This document shows positions 1 to 11,699 of a stretch of 64,000 nt of DNA, in pieces (within the stretch, counting starts at the first letter, position 1; every line of letters starts with the position of its first letter). Source of the DNA: Hormiphora californensis (lineage: Eukaryota; Animalia; Ctenophora); the NCBI GenBank assembly GCA_020137815.1, contig CM035350.1:8494001-8558000 (forward strand), read 5' to 3'. Below the pieces are notes generated by a model, which saw only the letters and a list, made by a program, of their open reading frames with translations, was not told where the DNA came from and searched no databases. The translations under genes and the position numbers were made by a program.

Positions 1-3000
1 GGAGACCTGTCCTATTTCTACAAGTATCTGGACGACAAAGCGGGCAAGAAAGGTAAACCCGCCACCCGTAAGAAGCCTGTCAACAGGGCTCCCTTTAGTT
101 CTCTGAACACTGAAAAACAGGACACAAAATGTGTGACGGGAGATAAAACAGTAAAACAGCTGTTGGGAGAGCTATACGAGGACCGGGAGTACTTGGAAAA
201 ACTGCTGAACGATTCCCGTGAGTTAAATAGAGTTCTATTTGAACCGGTACCCCGGCTTTCGCAAAAAAATAGAGTGCGGTTATTTCTGTTTCAATGTTGT
301 GTGTTAACTGTTTATAGCCCAACTCTAAACTTACAATTAAGTGTTTGTTGAAGGTGCGACAAAGCAGTCAGATAACACGATAAAGTCCCTGGTGTCAAAC
401 GGAATTACCTATCTGGATTCCCGGTTGGATTTCTGGAGGCAACAACAGCCCCTGTACAGCCGGAAGAAGAAGAGGATTGATGTTGGAAACAAGAATCGTC
501 TGATCAAAGGATATCCTTTTAGTCGAGAATACACATTCAACACATTCGCAACAGAAGAGATTCTCACAGAGTCATCAGTCATCACAAACCACGCAGTCCC
601 CTCACCCGTCATTGAATAACTACACTATCACATCACGAGATTTTAGCAACAACAAAAAACACTTTTTTAAATACCCGTTTGACTCCTTAACTCTTATTTT
701 CCGTCTGCACGATTGGGAGTGATCCGACAGCATACGTTTTACGGAATTTGGACGAGATTGATGCAGGTAAGATATTCTCCCTGACTCTACACGTAAATTG
801 TGTAGCACTCCAATCAGGCACATTTTCAGTCTGAGCTCCGCGCGCTTTCTCAGCGATGAAAGTAGTCGCTGTAAGCAGTTTGACTGCGCGCGTTGTGGTT
901 CTGTTTTCCCCAGGAGCATCTCCTTGGTTACCATGTGTTTGTTGCCACCACTGCAAATAACAACATCCCTCAGCGCTGGCAGACGGTAATGCACAGGACA
1001 GTCTACAGTTGGCGAGGGGGTGTCTGAAGAAGGTTAAACAGATTGATAACCTGCCAAACAAACAGGAGTTTGTAGCGAATCTTCACTCAAGCATTGGATG
1101 TGCTTTACTTGAGTTGGGCAGTTATGATGCTGCACTTTCAGAACACAAGGAAGACCTTTCTATCAGCAATTCAATGTAAGTCGTAAGATTGTTAGGGCAT
1201 GTGTCTAGAGGGGGCTATGTCTAGCAGCTCTCTCGGGTTTAAAATGTGTAGTGTAGTGCTGCAGTGAAAGAAACAACATTCTCCTCTAGTAAATCTGACG
1301 AGGGCAAGGCAAGGGCACTGGACAACATTGGTAGAACATATGCCAGGGTTTCTGATTACGGAGAGGCTATCAAATAGTAAGTTACAGTTCCGATATACCT
1401 GTTGTTAGAATTTCCCTGGATCTCAAAACATGTAAAATGCACCACCCCTTGCCAAACACTCAGAGCGAGTATAGAGTTCTAACAACCATCTTCTTCCCCA
1501 GCTGGGAACAAAGGATTCCAATGAATAGGACACTCCTTGAGTCAGCATGGTTATTCCACGAACTGGGTCGGTGCTGCCTCGAACTGGGAAAGTTTGCTGA
1601 TGCATCCTCTTACGGGGAACAATCTCTAGATGCTGCCTCTCAGGCTTCTGATGAGAACTGGCAGATCAACTCATCTGTCCTTATTGCTCAAGCTGAGGGT
1701 AGGTTTTCTTTGGATTTTATAATTTCACCAAAATTGCCTTGACGATATCACTACTCTCTAACCCCCTCCACTCCCTTAGTGAAGCTGTGTCATGACTCAA
1801 AGGCCCTTGAGAACTTCAACAGAGCCTTGAAGATTGCCGAGGTTTTGGGAGACAAAGCTATCCAGGAAGCTATTTCTAAAGCTATCCAGGATGTTAACTA
1901 TCGTATTGCCGAAGGTATGGGATGCAGCTAGTAAAACCTAGCACATTTTCTTGATATAGCACCCTCTGATTGTTGCATCTATTGATCAAAACTACTTGAA
2001 ATGTCGTAATGATTAAACAAATCGTCTTGATAACAATTATACCCAGCTATTTCTTTCTAAAAACATTGTAATTGGGTTTCTGCTACACCTGTTACAGATC
2101 TTTTGATAATTCTTTATGATTTTCACCAATCCATTCTATTCTTGATTGGGAAGATTCTTTTCTATGAAAACTTGATTGGCATATCAGTGATGTTTGATTT
2201 ATTTCCCGCCCTAATTCTTTTGTGAGAAAATGAAATATGAAGCAATAAACCGATGAAGCAAAATGAAGCATGCCCAGTCCGCTCACTAAATCCCAACTGT
2301 GTTAGATCTGCGAGAGGACGTGGCTGGAGAAAGGGTAACTGCAACACCTAAAGAATCTACTCCCCCTGCACGACAACCAACTCCACCAGCGGCCCCAAAA
2401 ACCCCAACTCCAGCCCCAAAAACACCCACCCCCGCTCCTAAAGAGCCCACACCAGCCCCTAAAGAGCCGACCCCCGCTCCAAAAACGCCAACACCAGCGC
2501 CTAAAACGCCAACACCCGCCCCTAAGGAGCCAACTCCAGCACCAAAAACACCCACACCTGCTCCAAAAACGCCGACCCCTGCTCCGAAAGAGCCCACACC
2601 CGCTCCAAAAACGCCCACTCCCGCTCCAAAAGAGGCAACTCCAGCTCCAAAAACTCCCACACCAGCTCCAAAAACGCCCACACCAGCACCCAAAGAGCCT
2701 ACTCCAGCTCCAACTCCTGCGGCTGCCACCCCGGCTGCTACTGAAGCCACTCCAGCCCCGAAAGAGGCTACTCCAGCCCCGAAAGAGGCTACTCCAGCCC
2801 CCAAAGATGCCACTCCAGCCCCCAAAGAGGCTACTCCAGCCCCCAAAGAGCCCACTCCAGCTCCCAAAGAGGCTACTCCAGCCCCGAAAGAGGCCACTCC
2901 AGCCCCCAAAGAGCCCACTCCGGCGCCCAAAGAGGCCACTCCAGCCCCGAAAGAGGCTACTCCAGCCCCCGCTGAAGCCACTCCAGCCCCCAAAGAGGCC

Positions 3001-3336
3001 ACTCCAGCCCCGAAAGAGGCTACTCCAGCCCCCAAAGAGCCCACTCCAGCTCCCAAAGAGGCTACTCCAGCCCCGAAAGAGGCCACTCCAGCCCCCAAAG
3101 AGGCCACTCCAGCCCCCGCTGAAGCCACTCCAGCCCCCAAAGAGGCCACTCCAGCCCCCAAAGAGCCCACTCCGGCGCCCAAAGAGGCCACCCCAGCCCC
3201 CAAAGAGGCCACTCCAGCCCCCAAAGAGCCCACTCCAGCCCCTACTCCTGCGGCTGCCACTCCAGCTACCACTGAAGCCACCCCAGCACCGAAAGAGGCC
3301 ACACCCGCAGCTACACCAGCCGCGATGGCTGAGTGA
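1..3336 (+). CDS. TTC25: Tetratricopeptide repeat protein 25 / outer dynein arm docking complex subunit 4, 5'-truncated. Exons approx 1-217, 342-~498, ~712-766, 975-1175, 1290-1376, 1502-1698, 1780-1914, 2306-3336
   Basis: Motifs KTVKQLLGELYEDREYLEKLL, GITYLDSRLDFWRQQQPLYSR, ARALDNIGR and ESAWLFHELGRC match TTC25 as I recall it. Most junctions are GT-AG and in phase; the exon 2/3 boundaries are unclear. Confidence 0.9.
2340..3320 (+). repeat. Coding 21-nt tandem repeat encoding TPAPK(E/T)(A/P)
   Basis: ORF 2299-3336; third codon positions vary between units while the peptide is kept. Confidence 0.9.
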
Positions 3337-4644
3337 AGACATACCGACCAGGTAAAATGTGCGTGTTTCCTGCACTTGCTATAACACACAATTGCGTTAA
3401 CTTTACTGCTCAGCTATTGGCCAGTCAATACGCTATAAAACCAGCGCTACTTCACTTTTTCCTTTTTTTCTACCGTTTCTTTTTGCTGTTTTTTGACGGG
3501 ATGCGGGCGGGTGTTGGGAAGTTGTTGGGTTAATCTTCAAACATTCACATTTCACATTGCTACTCTTAAAACAAGCTAATAATTTTATAGGGGTCCTTGT
3601 TTGGATAATGGATCCCATAAACTAACAAGGACCCCTCTCCTCATACCCTACTAACACTGATCTACCCTCTCAGCTTCCGGTGCTCAGAATTCGACACCCC
3701 AAGAAACGTGAATTGCTCAGCCTAACATATAAAGAGGACATACACCCCGCCGCTGGATAGCTTGTGTTTTACAGATGTGTAAAGATTGTGTTTATAGTGT
3801 AAAGTGTGAGAGAGATTGAATGGAAGAGGTGATTCTTAACTTTTGTTTCATGATTTGACGTGTTTTTAATCTATGAATTGCGAAAGAAATCGTCCCACTA
3901 TCACATTGTTCTTTTCTCAATCAATGTGACGATTTCTCTCACACGAGTCTGCGGTGAGGCTTTGAAAGCGGGTGCAAGTAACCACGGTCGACTGACCAGT
4001 TGACTCCGTGGACGGTGTATCGGCAGGACGTCGGCCTCGGTCGAAGCTGAGTCTGGCAAAAATTGACCTGAGTTTGGCGGTCCCTGCGCGGTGGACATAA
4101 CTCAGGTGGTTCCGCGCGTGCCACCAAGTTATCACTCGGACCCATGTGCTGCAGCAGGCGCAGCTGAATTAACCGACCATGTGTGGCCATGATCCTGGGA
4201 CGGTGCCGTGTCACTCAGTGTGTGACTTAAGGTAACTGGTAAGGCATCAGGGCTGGGCTCTCTTTCTCCAATCCCAACGACAACCTACCCAGTTTTACCG
4301 AATGTCCTAATCCCTTTTGACAGACCAACTATATCCTGCCAGTTGCCTCATGTAACATGTTCGGGGGATGACACACACAGAACTTGATACGTATCTGACA
4401 GGAGGGGCGGGGACGTTTGTTAAGTCATTATCGTGTTATGATGCATAGTAAGACCCATACTTGGCTAACACATTATCATCCTGGGGTGTCTATTGAAAAG
4501 CTGCTCGGTTATTTTAGTGCTCTGCCAAGTGTATTTGTAATTCAGGCAATATGTAGTGCTATGTATAGTTAGTCAATTCATGTCAAAAACACGCCGACAA
4601 TCTTCCGCCCCGGGGACATTGAACCGGAACAATGTCGCTGTAGA

Positions 4645-4647
<3 letters not shown>

Positions 4648-4715
<68 letters not shown>
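4648..4715. repeat. (GA)n microsatellite; similar tracts near 21594-21722, 30625-30680, 35460-35525, 57890-58015
   Basis: Directly visible. Confidence 0.95.
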
Positions 4716-4718
<3 letters not shown>

Positions 4719-4853
4719 CATTGATTGAGTATTGGACTGTTCAGACTGCCTCTGAATGTGTACGATCAAACACTGCTGTTTGAATCAGTGGTCAAAGAAC
4801 ATAGGTGCCGAACGTCACTCCGCGGGTCACCTAATCCCTCCCGATCCACCATT

Positions 4854-7800
4854 ATGTTCCTGCAGGTTGAGGTTTATACAGACAAGGATTATTTTCTGCC
4901 CGGTGAAAAGCTAACTGGAAAGATTTATGTGGTAGCTAAAGAGTCGGTTCGTGTTGATAAGTTAGTGGCTGTAATTGAGGGATTTAACCATGTCGCCTGG
5001 GAAGAGGATAAGAGATCGTAAGTACCACTAGATTTTACTGGAAACATATTTGTCTTGGACCATGACCTAAATTCTACGTCCTTGACATATCACTTTTTTC
5101 ATTCTCGAATACTTTCTCAATCAGTTGGTTGAGATCTGTCAATGATAACACCCCGTTACCCATTACCCAGGATTGAATATGCAGAAGAGGTGAAACTATT
5201 TGAGGAGAGAGTTCTGGTACGATCATTCAGTAAACCCATCCCTGTGGGTCGGTTCTACTTTGACTTCTCCTACCTAGTACCTGAGTTCCTACCCTCTTCA
5301 TTTAATGTGGACACTGTGGCACGGAACCTAAAATGGGAAGATATTCGGATGCATGTGGCCACGGTCAGTACTTTTGTTATATTAAATATTTGTCGTGGCT
5401 TGATCTGCTCGTACAGGGTGTTCATTTTGGATCTTTACAAGCGTTGGGCTTCACCCAGAAAAAAGTTGACAAGATTAGGTCATGAAACTTCATACTTGGA
5501 CTATTCTATACCCTCATTCAAGGTTCCTGGGGGTTTTGGAGCTCTAGTACCCCGGGAAGTTTGTTTTTGGCATCAAAACTACCAGAAGGAATTTTTTGCT
5601 GGTGCTGAGACTTTGCTAAAATGTTTTTTGGGTATTTTCTATGTCAATCCTAAAGTTTCATGGAGATTGGATGTGTTTTTCGGACTCAAAATTTCGTAAA
5701 AAGTGGCTGGAAAGGCTCGAAAACGGCTCAAAAACGGCAAAAATGGAGTCTTTCCAGCCACTTTCTATGAAGTTTTGAGTCCGAAAAACACATCCAATCT
5801 CCATGAAACTTTAGGATTGACATAGAAAATACCCAAAAAACATTTTAGCAAAGTCTCAGCACCAGCAAAAAAATTCTTTCTGGTAGTTTTGATGCCAAAA
5901 ACACACTTCCCGGGTTACTAGAGCTCCAAAATCCCCAGGAACCTTGAATGAGGGTATAGAATAGTCCAAGTATGAAGTTTCACGACCTAATCTTGTCAAC
6001 TGTTTTCTGGGTGAAGCCCAACGCTTGTAAAGATCCAAAATGAACACCGTGTATTATGCTAGTTCGTCAAATACATGAGAAGTTATTCATAGCATGTCTC
6101 TGCTAGCTAGATATGCCCAAACGTCTAACACACTGTTTCAGCCCCTTGGCCTTGCTCCAAAATGACTCACTTTTATTCAACTAAACCAGGTGAATTATTC
6201 TATTCGTGCGGTATTGGAGCGTTCTGAGGAGCCTGTTGGAAAGGTATCGGGGCAGCCCTTCATAATCCATGCCCCTCCTGAGAAAACAGAAACCGTAGTA
6301 AAAGAGGTAGGTACTTTGCTAGTAATGCTCCTTTCTCGGAACGTGTTCGTCTAGTCATCGCGCGTCGCGGGCTGCCCCGCCAGCCCTCCAAACCCGGGTG
6401 AACAAGCTAACAATAGTGCAATTACATGCGATGTACTACATCACGCGCATGTAATTGCACTATTGTTAGCTTGTTCACCCGGGTTTGGAGGGCTGACGGG
6501 GCAGCCCGCGACGCGCGATGACTAGACGAACACATTCCGAAAATGCAGCATTATGCTCCACATTAAATGAATACAAGACTTGTATTACAAGTTCCAACCG
6601 GAGTTTCTAAAAATTCTGGCGACTTTATTATCAATTATTTCGCCTTCTTTTACAGGATATAACGGAGCAAGTAAAGACGTTTGGGTGTTTCCCCCGGGGG
6701 TACATAACCGTCAGTCTCACTATTGACAAGGCATCATACAAGAACAATGATGTGATGACAATTCGCCTTGAGGTAGGTCGTCCCCCCCCCCCCTATTCCT
6801 ACACCCCTGGGTAGGTATCAAGATAGTGTTGAGATGTGATTCTTATTGAGGTGAGGTATCCCTCCTCCTTCTTCTCCTTTCTCATCGTCTTTGAATTATA
6901 TCCCACGTGTACAAGGCGACTCACGGGTTGTTGGTCATGGATAGTGGGGCGTCACATATACACGACCTCATTACACGACCGTCGACCTCATTACTCCATC
7001 ATGCGAAATGATATGATATGTATGTGACCTTTTGCAGGTGTGACGAACATCCATTGACCATCATCCGATACATTATTTGCAGGTGACAAACATGACGCCC
7101 CTACCCTGTAAGAACATCATCGCGGTGCTGTTCAGAAAGTTGAAGGTCCTCGCTCAACGATCACAGAGAAACATCAGAACAAAGGTATGGTTACCATGGT
7201 TACCAATAAAACAACACCACCTTCCCCAATCTTGCAAACAGGCCACTGGAACCAATCCCTGTACAAAGTCCACGGAATGTATTTATTTCATTTTACCCAT
7301 GACTACTACTTGGGATTGTAACATACCAGTATACCACATTACTTACTTACCACATAACTTACTTCAAAAGTAAGTAATGTAATTAACCTTACCCATGACT
7401 ACTAATAAGGACCATCATAAGGTAACCCACCCTGTAACACACCCTGTAACACACCCTGTAACACACCCTGTAACACACCCAGTAACTCACCCTGTAACAC
7501 CCCCTGTAACACACCCTGTAACACACCCTGTAACACACCCTGTAACACACCCTGTAACACCCCCTGTAACACACCCTGTAACACACCCTGTAACACACCC
7601 TGTAACACACCCTGTAACACACCCTGTAACACACCCAGTAACTCACCCTGTAACACACCCTGTAACACACCCAGTAACTCACCCTGTAACACCCCCTGTA
7701 ACACACCCTGTAACACACCCTGTAACACACCCAGTAACTCACCCTGTAACACACCCAGTAACTCACCCTGTAACACCCCCTGTAACACACCCTGTAACAC

Positions 7801-8423
7801 ACCCTGTAACACACCCTGTAACACACCCTGTAACACACCCTGTAACACACCCTGTAACACACCCTGTAACACACCCTGTAACACACCCTGTAACACACCC
7901 TGTAACACACCCTGTAACACACCCTGTAACACACCCTGTAACACACCCAGTAACTCACCCTGTAACACACCCTGTAACACACCCTGTAACACACCCTGTA
8001 ACACACCCTGTAACACACCCTGTAACACACCCTGTAACACACCCTGTAACACACCCTGTAACACCCTGTACTATCCAGGAGTACATGATTGAGTTTGAGG
8101 ACGTGCCATCAGGGGAACGTGCCACATATGTCAAGGATGTTCAGCTAAAGAATGTACTTCCCACCACGTGTTCGAGAAATATCAAGTGCAATTATGTCCT
8201 GGCTGTACGTTGTGAAGTTCCATTCTCAACTAACATTGACTTAACGTAAGTTAATATATTGTATTTGTGAATAGCGTCACTCAACATGATCCGGACCTGT
8301 TCTTTTTGAAATTTACCCCCCCCCCCCCCCCCCAGATTGCCGGTGACAACAATAATTGCCCCATCTGAAGAACACGAACAGAGTTGTCCTCCCCTACAAT
8401 TATACAAACCGTGGAAGGACTAA
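4854..8423 (+). CDS. Arrestin domain-containing (alpha-arrestin-like) protein. Exons 4854-5017, 5171-5363, 6190-6306, 6656-6772, 7083-7184, 8079-8245, 8336-8423
   Basis: YFLPGEKLTGKIYV, FYFDFSYLVPEFLPSSF, VNYSIRAVL, LTIDKASY and LPTTCSRNIKCNYVLAV are arrestin N/C-domain-like; all introns GT-AG and phase-consistent. Confidence 0.85.
5414..6051. mobile_element. Foldback MITE with ~300-bp arms, Tc1/mariner-like
   Basis: CAGGGTGTTCATTTTGGATC...GATCCAAAATGAACACCGTG, flanked by TA on both sides; lies in arrestin intron 2. Confidence 0.8.
6323..6553. mobile_element. Small hairpin/MITE with ~105-bp arms
   Basis: Near-perfect inverted repeat in arrestin intron 3. Confidence 0.7.
7421..8070. repeat. 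12-bp minisatellite (ACACCCTGTAAC)n, intronic
   Basis: About 54 units, ending ~8 nt before the acceptor at 8078. Confidence 0.95.
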
Positions 8424-8670
8424 AACAGGATTCTAATTTGGAGCGGGATTGGGCATTTTCATGGGACTAAAATTACGATGAATCCAGACTGTTTCAAGAC
8501 ACATAATTGTTAATTATCTAATTTTCATGCCTTGGCTACTTCATTTATCATTCATAGTTTTTGACTCCGATGAAATAGTGTTGTTTAACTTAAACTAAAA
8601 CTTTAAAAACCCTTTTTCCTATCAAGAATCAGTCAGTATGTGCTACCAAGAAAGTTAATAAAACACGTTT

Positions 8671-10227
8671 TTAATGAAAACTCGGGGGGTCCATCGCATA
8701 GGTCGCCCAATCTGGAATGAATCCCTCCGGGAAGTCAAAGGGTAAAAAGTAGCTCACGTCGTCTGTAGGGAAAGCATCATCGATGGTAGGTAAGGTACAT
8801 TGAAGGGGCGTCATCTCTACCATATAGTCCATGATTCTCTCCTTTAGCTCCTCTAGGACATCAGGGTGGCTCTCACTCAGGTCGGTCGTCTCAAATGGAT
8901 CAGCTGTTATGTTATAAAGTCGGGGAACGCTCCAATTAACACCATCTTCGTGAAACGAGTAATTTGCCCCTGTTTCACAGTCATCGTCCATGCCCTGCTG
9001 CTGGCCAAATAGTGCTTTAAAGTCACCGCTGATATACCCAGCTAGGTTTCCCACGGGGTCAATATTTAGCAACAATTCATCCCGCGGACATGTACTGTTT
9101 TCACCCGTGAACAAATATCCTGATTGATCGATACTGTCTAGAAGGTTGATTTGCGACTTTCTTCCCTTTGATAATTCTTCAAGAGCGTCCCATCCCCCGG
9201 TCCACCTGATAAGAGAGCTGTACCAGTCGGAGACGTGCACGTAGCAGGATGTTCGACCTCGGGGCACCAGAATCTCAGGGTTGGGACTGTAGATAAAGGA
9301 GGGTGTCCGAATACCTCCCTCGAACAACGTGTTTTTCCAGCCCCGCAGGGGTACGTTTGAGGTAAACATGGTCGCAGGAGCACCGTTATCACTCATCACC
9401 ACCAGCAATGTGTTATTCCACATACCCTTCGCCTCGTAGGCATCAATAATCTCACTAATTGAGATCTCTGCTGAGTTTAGCATGGCCTGCATTACACAGC
9501 TCCCGTTAGCTATATCTGTACAATTCGGACTAAAGTAAGATTCGGGTGCAAAGAATGGACCGTGCACTGCTTGCATATTGTACATCATAAAGAGGGGCTG
9601 GTCAGCATCATGACTCTCCACTATGTCCTTTATTCGGGAGGTGTACAGTTCCATGCTGTACTGGCCAGTCGTGTTGGGGAGAATAGACCACTTCATTTTG
9701 TCTCCGTCCTCCTCACAGGAGTAGAAATCTTGGCTACCCTTTAAAAGGTGAGTCATATAGTCAATCTGTCCAGAGATGTACCCGTAAGCTGTCTCGTACC
9801 CTCTTCTACAGGGCATACACTCCCACCGAGCGTACCCAAGGTGCCATTTTCCCACCATGTGTGTCGCGTACCCATTTTCACGGAATGGCTCAGCAAGCAG
9901 GATTTGATCTCTGTCCAGGCATTCCTCTGTCCACGACAGAAACAGCTCAGATTCAATGCCAAGAGCTATTGCATAACGCCCGGTTTGAAGGCTCGCTCTA
10001 GCAGGTGTGCAAAGCCACTCGGTGTAAAACCGATCCAAAATGAGCCCATCGTGGGCTAGTTTATCAAAGAGGGGTGTGGTGATATTCTTGCCAAACTCTG
10101 GATATGTGTACCCGATATCTCCGTATCCCATATCGTCAATCACCACAAATAGGATGTTCGGCTTATCAGGGGCAGCCCCCTCTGTCGACCAAAACCCGGC
10201 CACGAAGGCGACAACCAACAGCAACAT
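8671..10227 (-). CDS. Arylsulfatase (ARSB/ARSI/ARSJ-like), intronless, probably secreted or lysosomal
   Basis: Signal peptide; PNILFVVIDDMG; CTPARASLQTG (CxPxR); GYATHMVGKWHLG; SDNG; KNTLFEGGIR; LYNITADPFETTDL. Confidence 0.93.
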   Translation of the reverse strand: MLLLVVAFVAGFWSTEGAAPDKPNILFVVIDDMGYGDIGYTYPEFGKNITTPLFDKLAHDGLILDRFYTEWLCTPARASLQTGRYAIALGIESELFLSWTEECLDRDQILLAEPFRENGYATHMVGKWHLGYARWECMPCRRGYETAYGYISGQIDYMTHLLKGSQDFYSCEEDGDKMKWSILPNTTGQYSMELYTSRIKDIVESHDADQPLFMMYNMQAVHGPFFAPESYFSPNCTDIANGSCVMQAMLNSAEISISEIIDAYEAKGMWNNTLLVVMSDNGAPATMFTSNVPLRGWKNTLFEGGIRTPSFIYSPNPEILVPRGRTSCYVHVSDWYSSLIRWTGGWDALEELSKGRKSQINLLDSIDQSGYLFTGENSTCPRDELLLNIDPVGNLAGYISGDFKALFGQQQGMDDDCETGANYSFHEDGVNWSVPRLYNITADPFETTDLSESHPDVLEELKERIMDYMVEMTPLQCTLPTIDDAFPTDDVSYFLPFDFPEGFIPDWATYAMDPPSFH

Positions 10228-10689
10228 GATTCTATGAGCTCACAACAACGAAGAGCGTATCACTCAACGATTCTTATCTCAAGATTTGTAACTAAGTTGT
10301 TATGCGTGGGTAATAGGACATGTAAGCAGTAAGGCCTGTTGGGATACAAAAGATATGCTCAACTGCAACCTCAATATATCTACATACAGACCCACATGTA
10401 TCAATGAATTGAGGTCCCTGGATAGACGAGCGATAAAGCAAACTGCACAAGCTGTTGCCACATGTTTCAGAGCAACTATGAATGAAAATGAGATAATGAT
10501 GTGACCTGACGCCTTTTCAGAGTCAATGGGAGTAAAAAGGATCGGCATAAGCTACAGAAAACTCAAAATCGCCGGGTGTTTTGAGGTCTGTTTAGTTTTA
10601 CTAATAATATCGAACTCTCTCCTAAATCCTCCCGAAGTATGTATTCATCACCAGTGGTGTAAACGTACCCCCTCAACCTCTCTAAATTA

Positions 10690-10895
10690 TTGTCCATATG
10701 CCTAGCGTTTTGCCGCCTGCACTAAAATGGCTCTAACCACCATACCACTCAACCGTTTTGGCTAACCCAAAGTTTATCTGATAGGAAATTTCAAGCCCTA
10801 ACCCCAAACCCAAACCCCAGTCCTAACCCTAACCCCACTTTGGCCCTAACCCTAAAACCCGTGAGTGCTGACACTCCAAAAACCCAGATTGGCCG
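10690..10895 (+). mobile_element. Repeat family with a degenerate CCCTAA-like core (copy A)
   Basis: ACTAAAATGGCTCTAACC...AAAGTTTATCTG...CCCTAACCCC..., shared with 11810-12230 (-), 52930-53180, 54110-54293 and 54868-55108. Confidence 0.75.
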
Positions 10896-10963
10896 TCAAC
10901 ATGTTGATTTTAAAAAAAAATCGCGATCGTCAATTTTTCAACTGTTGCAACAGTTAAAAAATT

Positions 10964-11573
10964 AAAGTCGGATTTTTTGAAACTGTCACCCCCCTGGGTA
11001 TTTTCAAATTTCGTAAATGACCATAAATCCGGTTCCTGACGAGATAGAGACTTGAAATTTGGAGGTTACCAAGATCTTGCTAAGTTCTTCCGAACCTCCA
11101 AATTTCAAGTCTCTATCTTATCAGGAACCGGAGATATGGCAAATTTTGTTATTTCAGGGGGGTGACAGTTTCAAAAAATAAGGAACCATAATAAAGTTCA
11201 AGAGCGCACCCCATCCAAGAGCGTACCACCTCCAAAAGACACCACTCCAAGAGCGCACCACATCAAAGAGAGCTCCCCGTCCAGAAGATACCGCGCGCAG
11301 GGGACACCACGCGCAGAAGAGACCGCACGCGCAAATACAACGCCGCGCTGGTCTCTTCTGCGCGTGGTGTCCCCTGCGCGTGGTATCTTCTGGATGGGGA
11401 GCTCTCTTTGATGTGGTGCGCTCTTGAAGTGGTGTCTTCTGGAGGTGGTGCGCTCTTGGATGTGGTCTCTTTTGGGTGTGGTGCGCTCTCAGGTGTGGTC
11501 TCTCTTTGATCGGGTACGCTCTTGGGTGCTCTTGGAGGCTCTTGAACTTTATTATGGTTCCTTATCCGACTTT
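10964..11573. mobile_element. MITE with TIR AAAGTCGGATTTTTTGAAACTGTCACCCCC; right TIR interrupted by a second element
   Basis: An uninterrupted inverted copy lies at ~54498-54717. Confidence 0.75.
11180..11563. mobile_element. Palindromic MITE (TIR AAGGAACCATAATAAAGTTCAAGAGC) nested in the previous MITE
   Basis: Terminal inverted repeats and internal AAGAG-type subrepeats; AT on both flanks. Confidence 0.8.
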
Positions 11574-11699
11574 AAAAATAAAGTCGCGATTTTTAAAAAA
11601 ATAAAAAATATATGGGTTTTAACGGCGCGCAAAACCATAATTAACGCCGCGCACCCCGGTCCGGCGACTTTTTGACGCAACTTTTTGAAACTGAAATAA

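Noticed and set aside
2286-3389. Minus-strand Gly/Ala-rich silk-like ORFs and the alternative plus frame
   Set aside because: Shadows of the TTC25 repeat exon; only the TPAPKE frame splices in phase
3930-4320. GC-rich stretch with small hairpins (SINE or ncRNA?)
   Set aside because: No A/B box, hammerhead core or second copy found
7389-8064. (CYRV)n and (LQGV)n ORFs
   Set aside because: Products of a stop-free 12-bp intronic minisatellite
10790-10860. Telomere or chromosome-fusion relic
   Set aside because: Degenerate, short and embedded in a dispersed repeat
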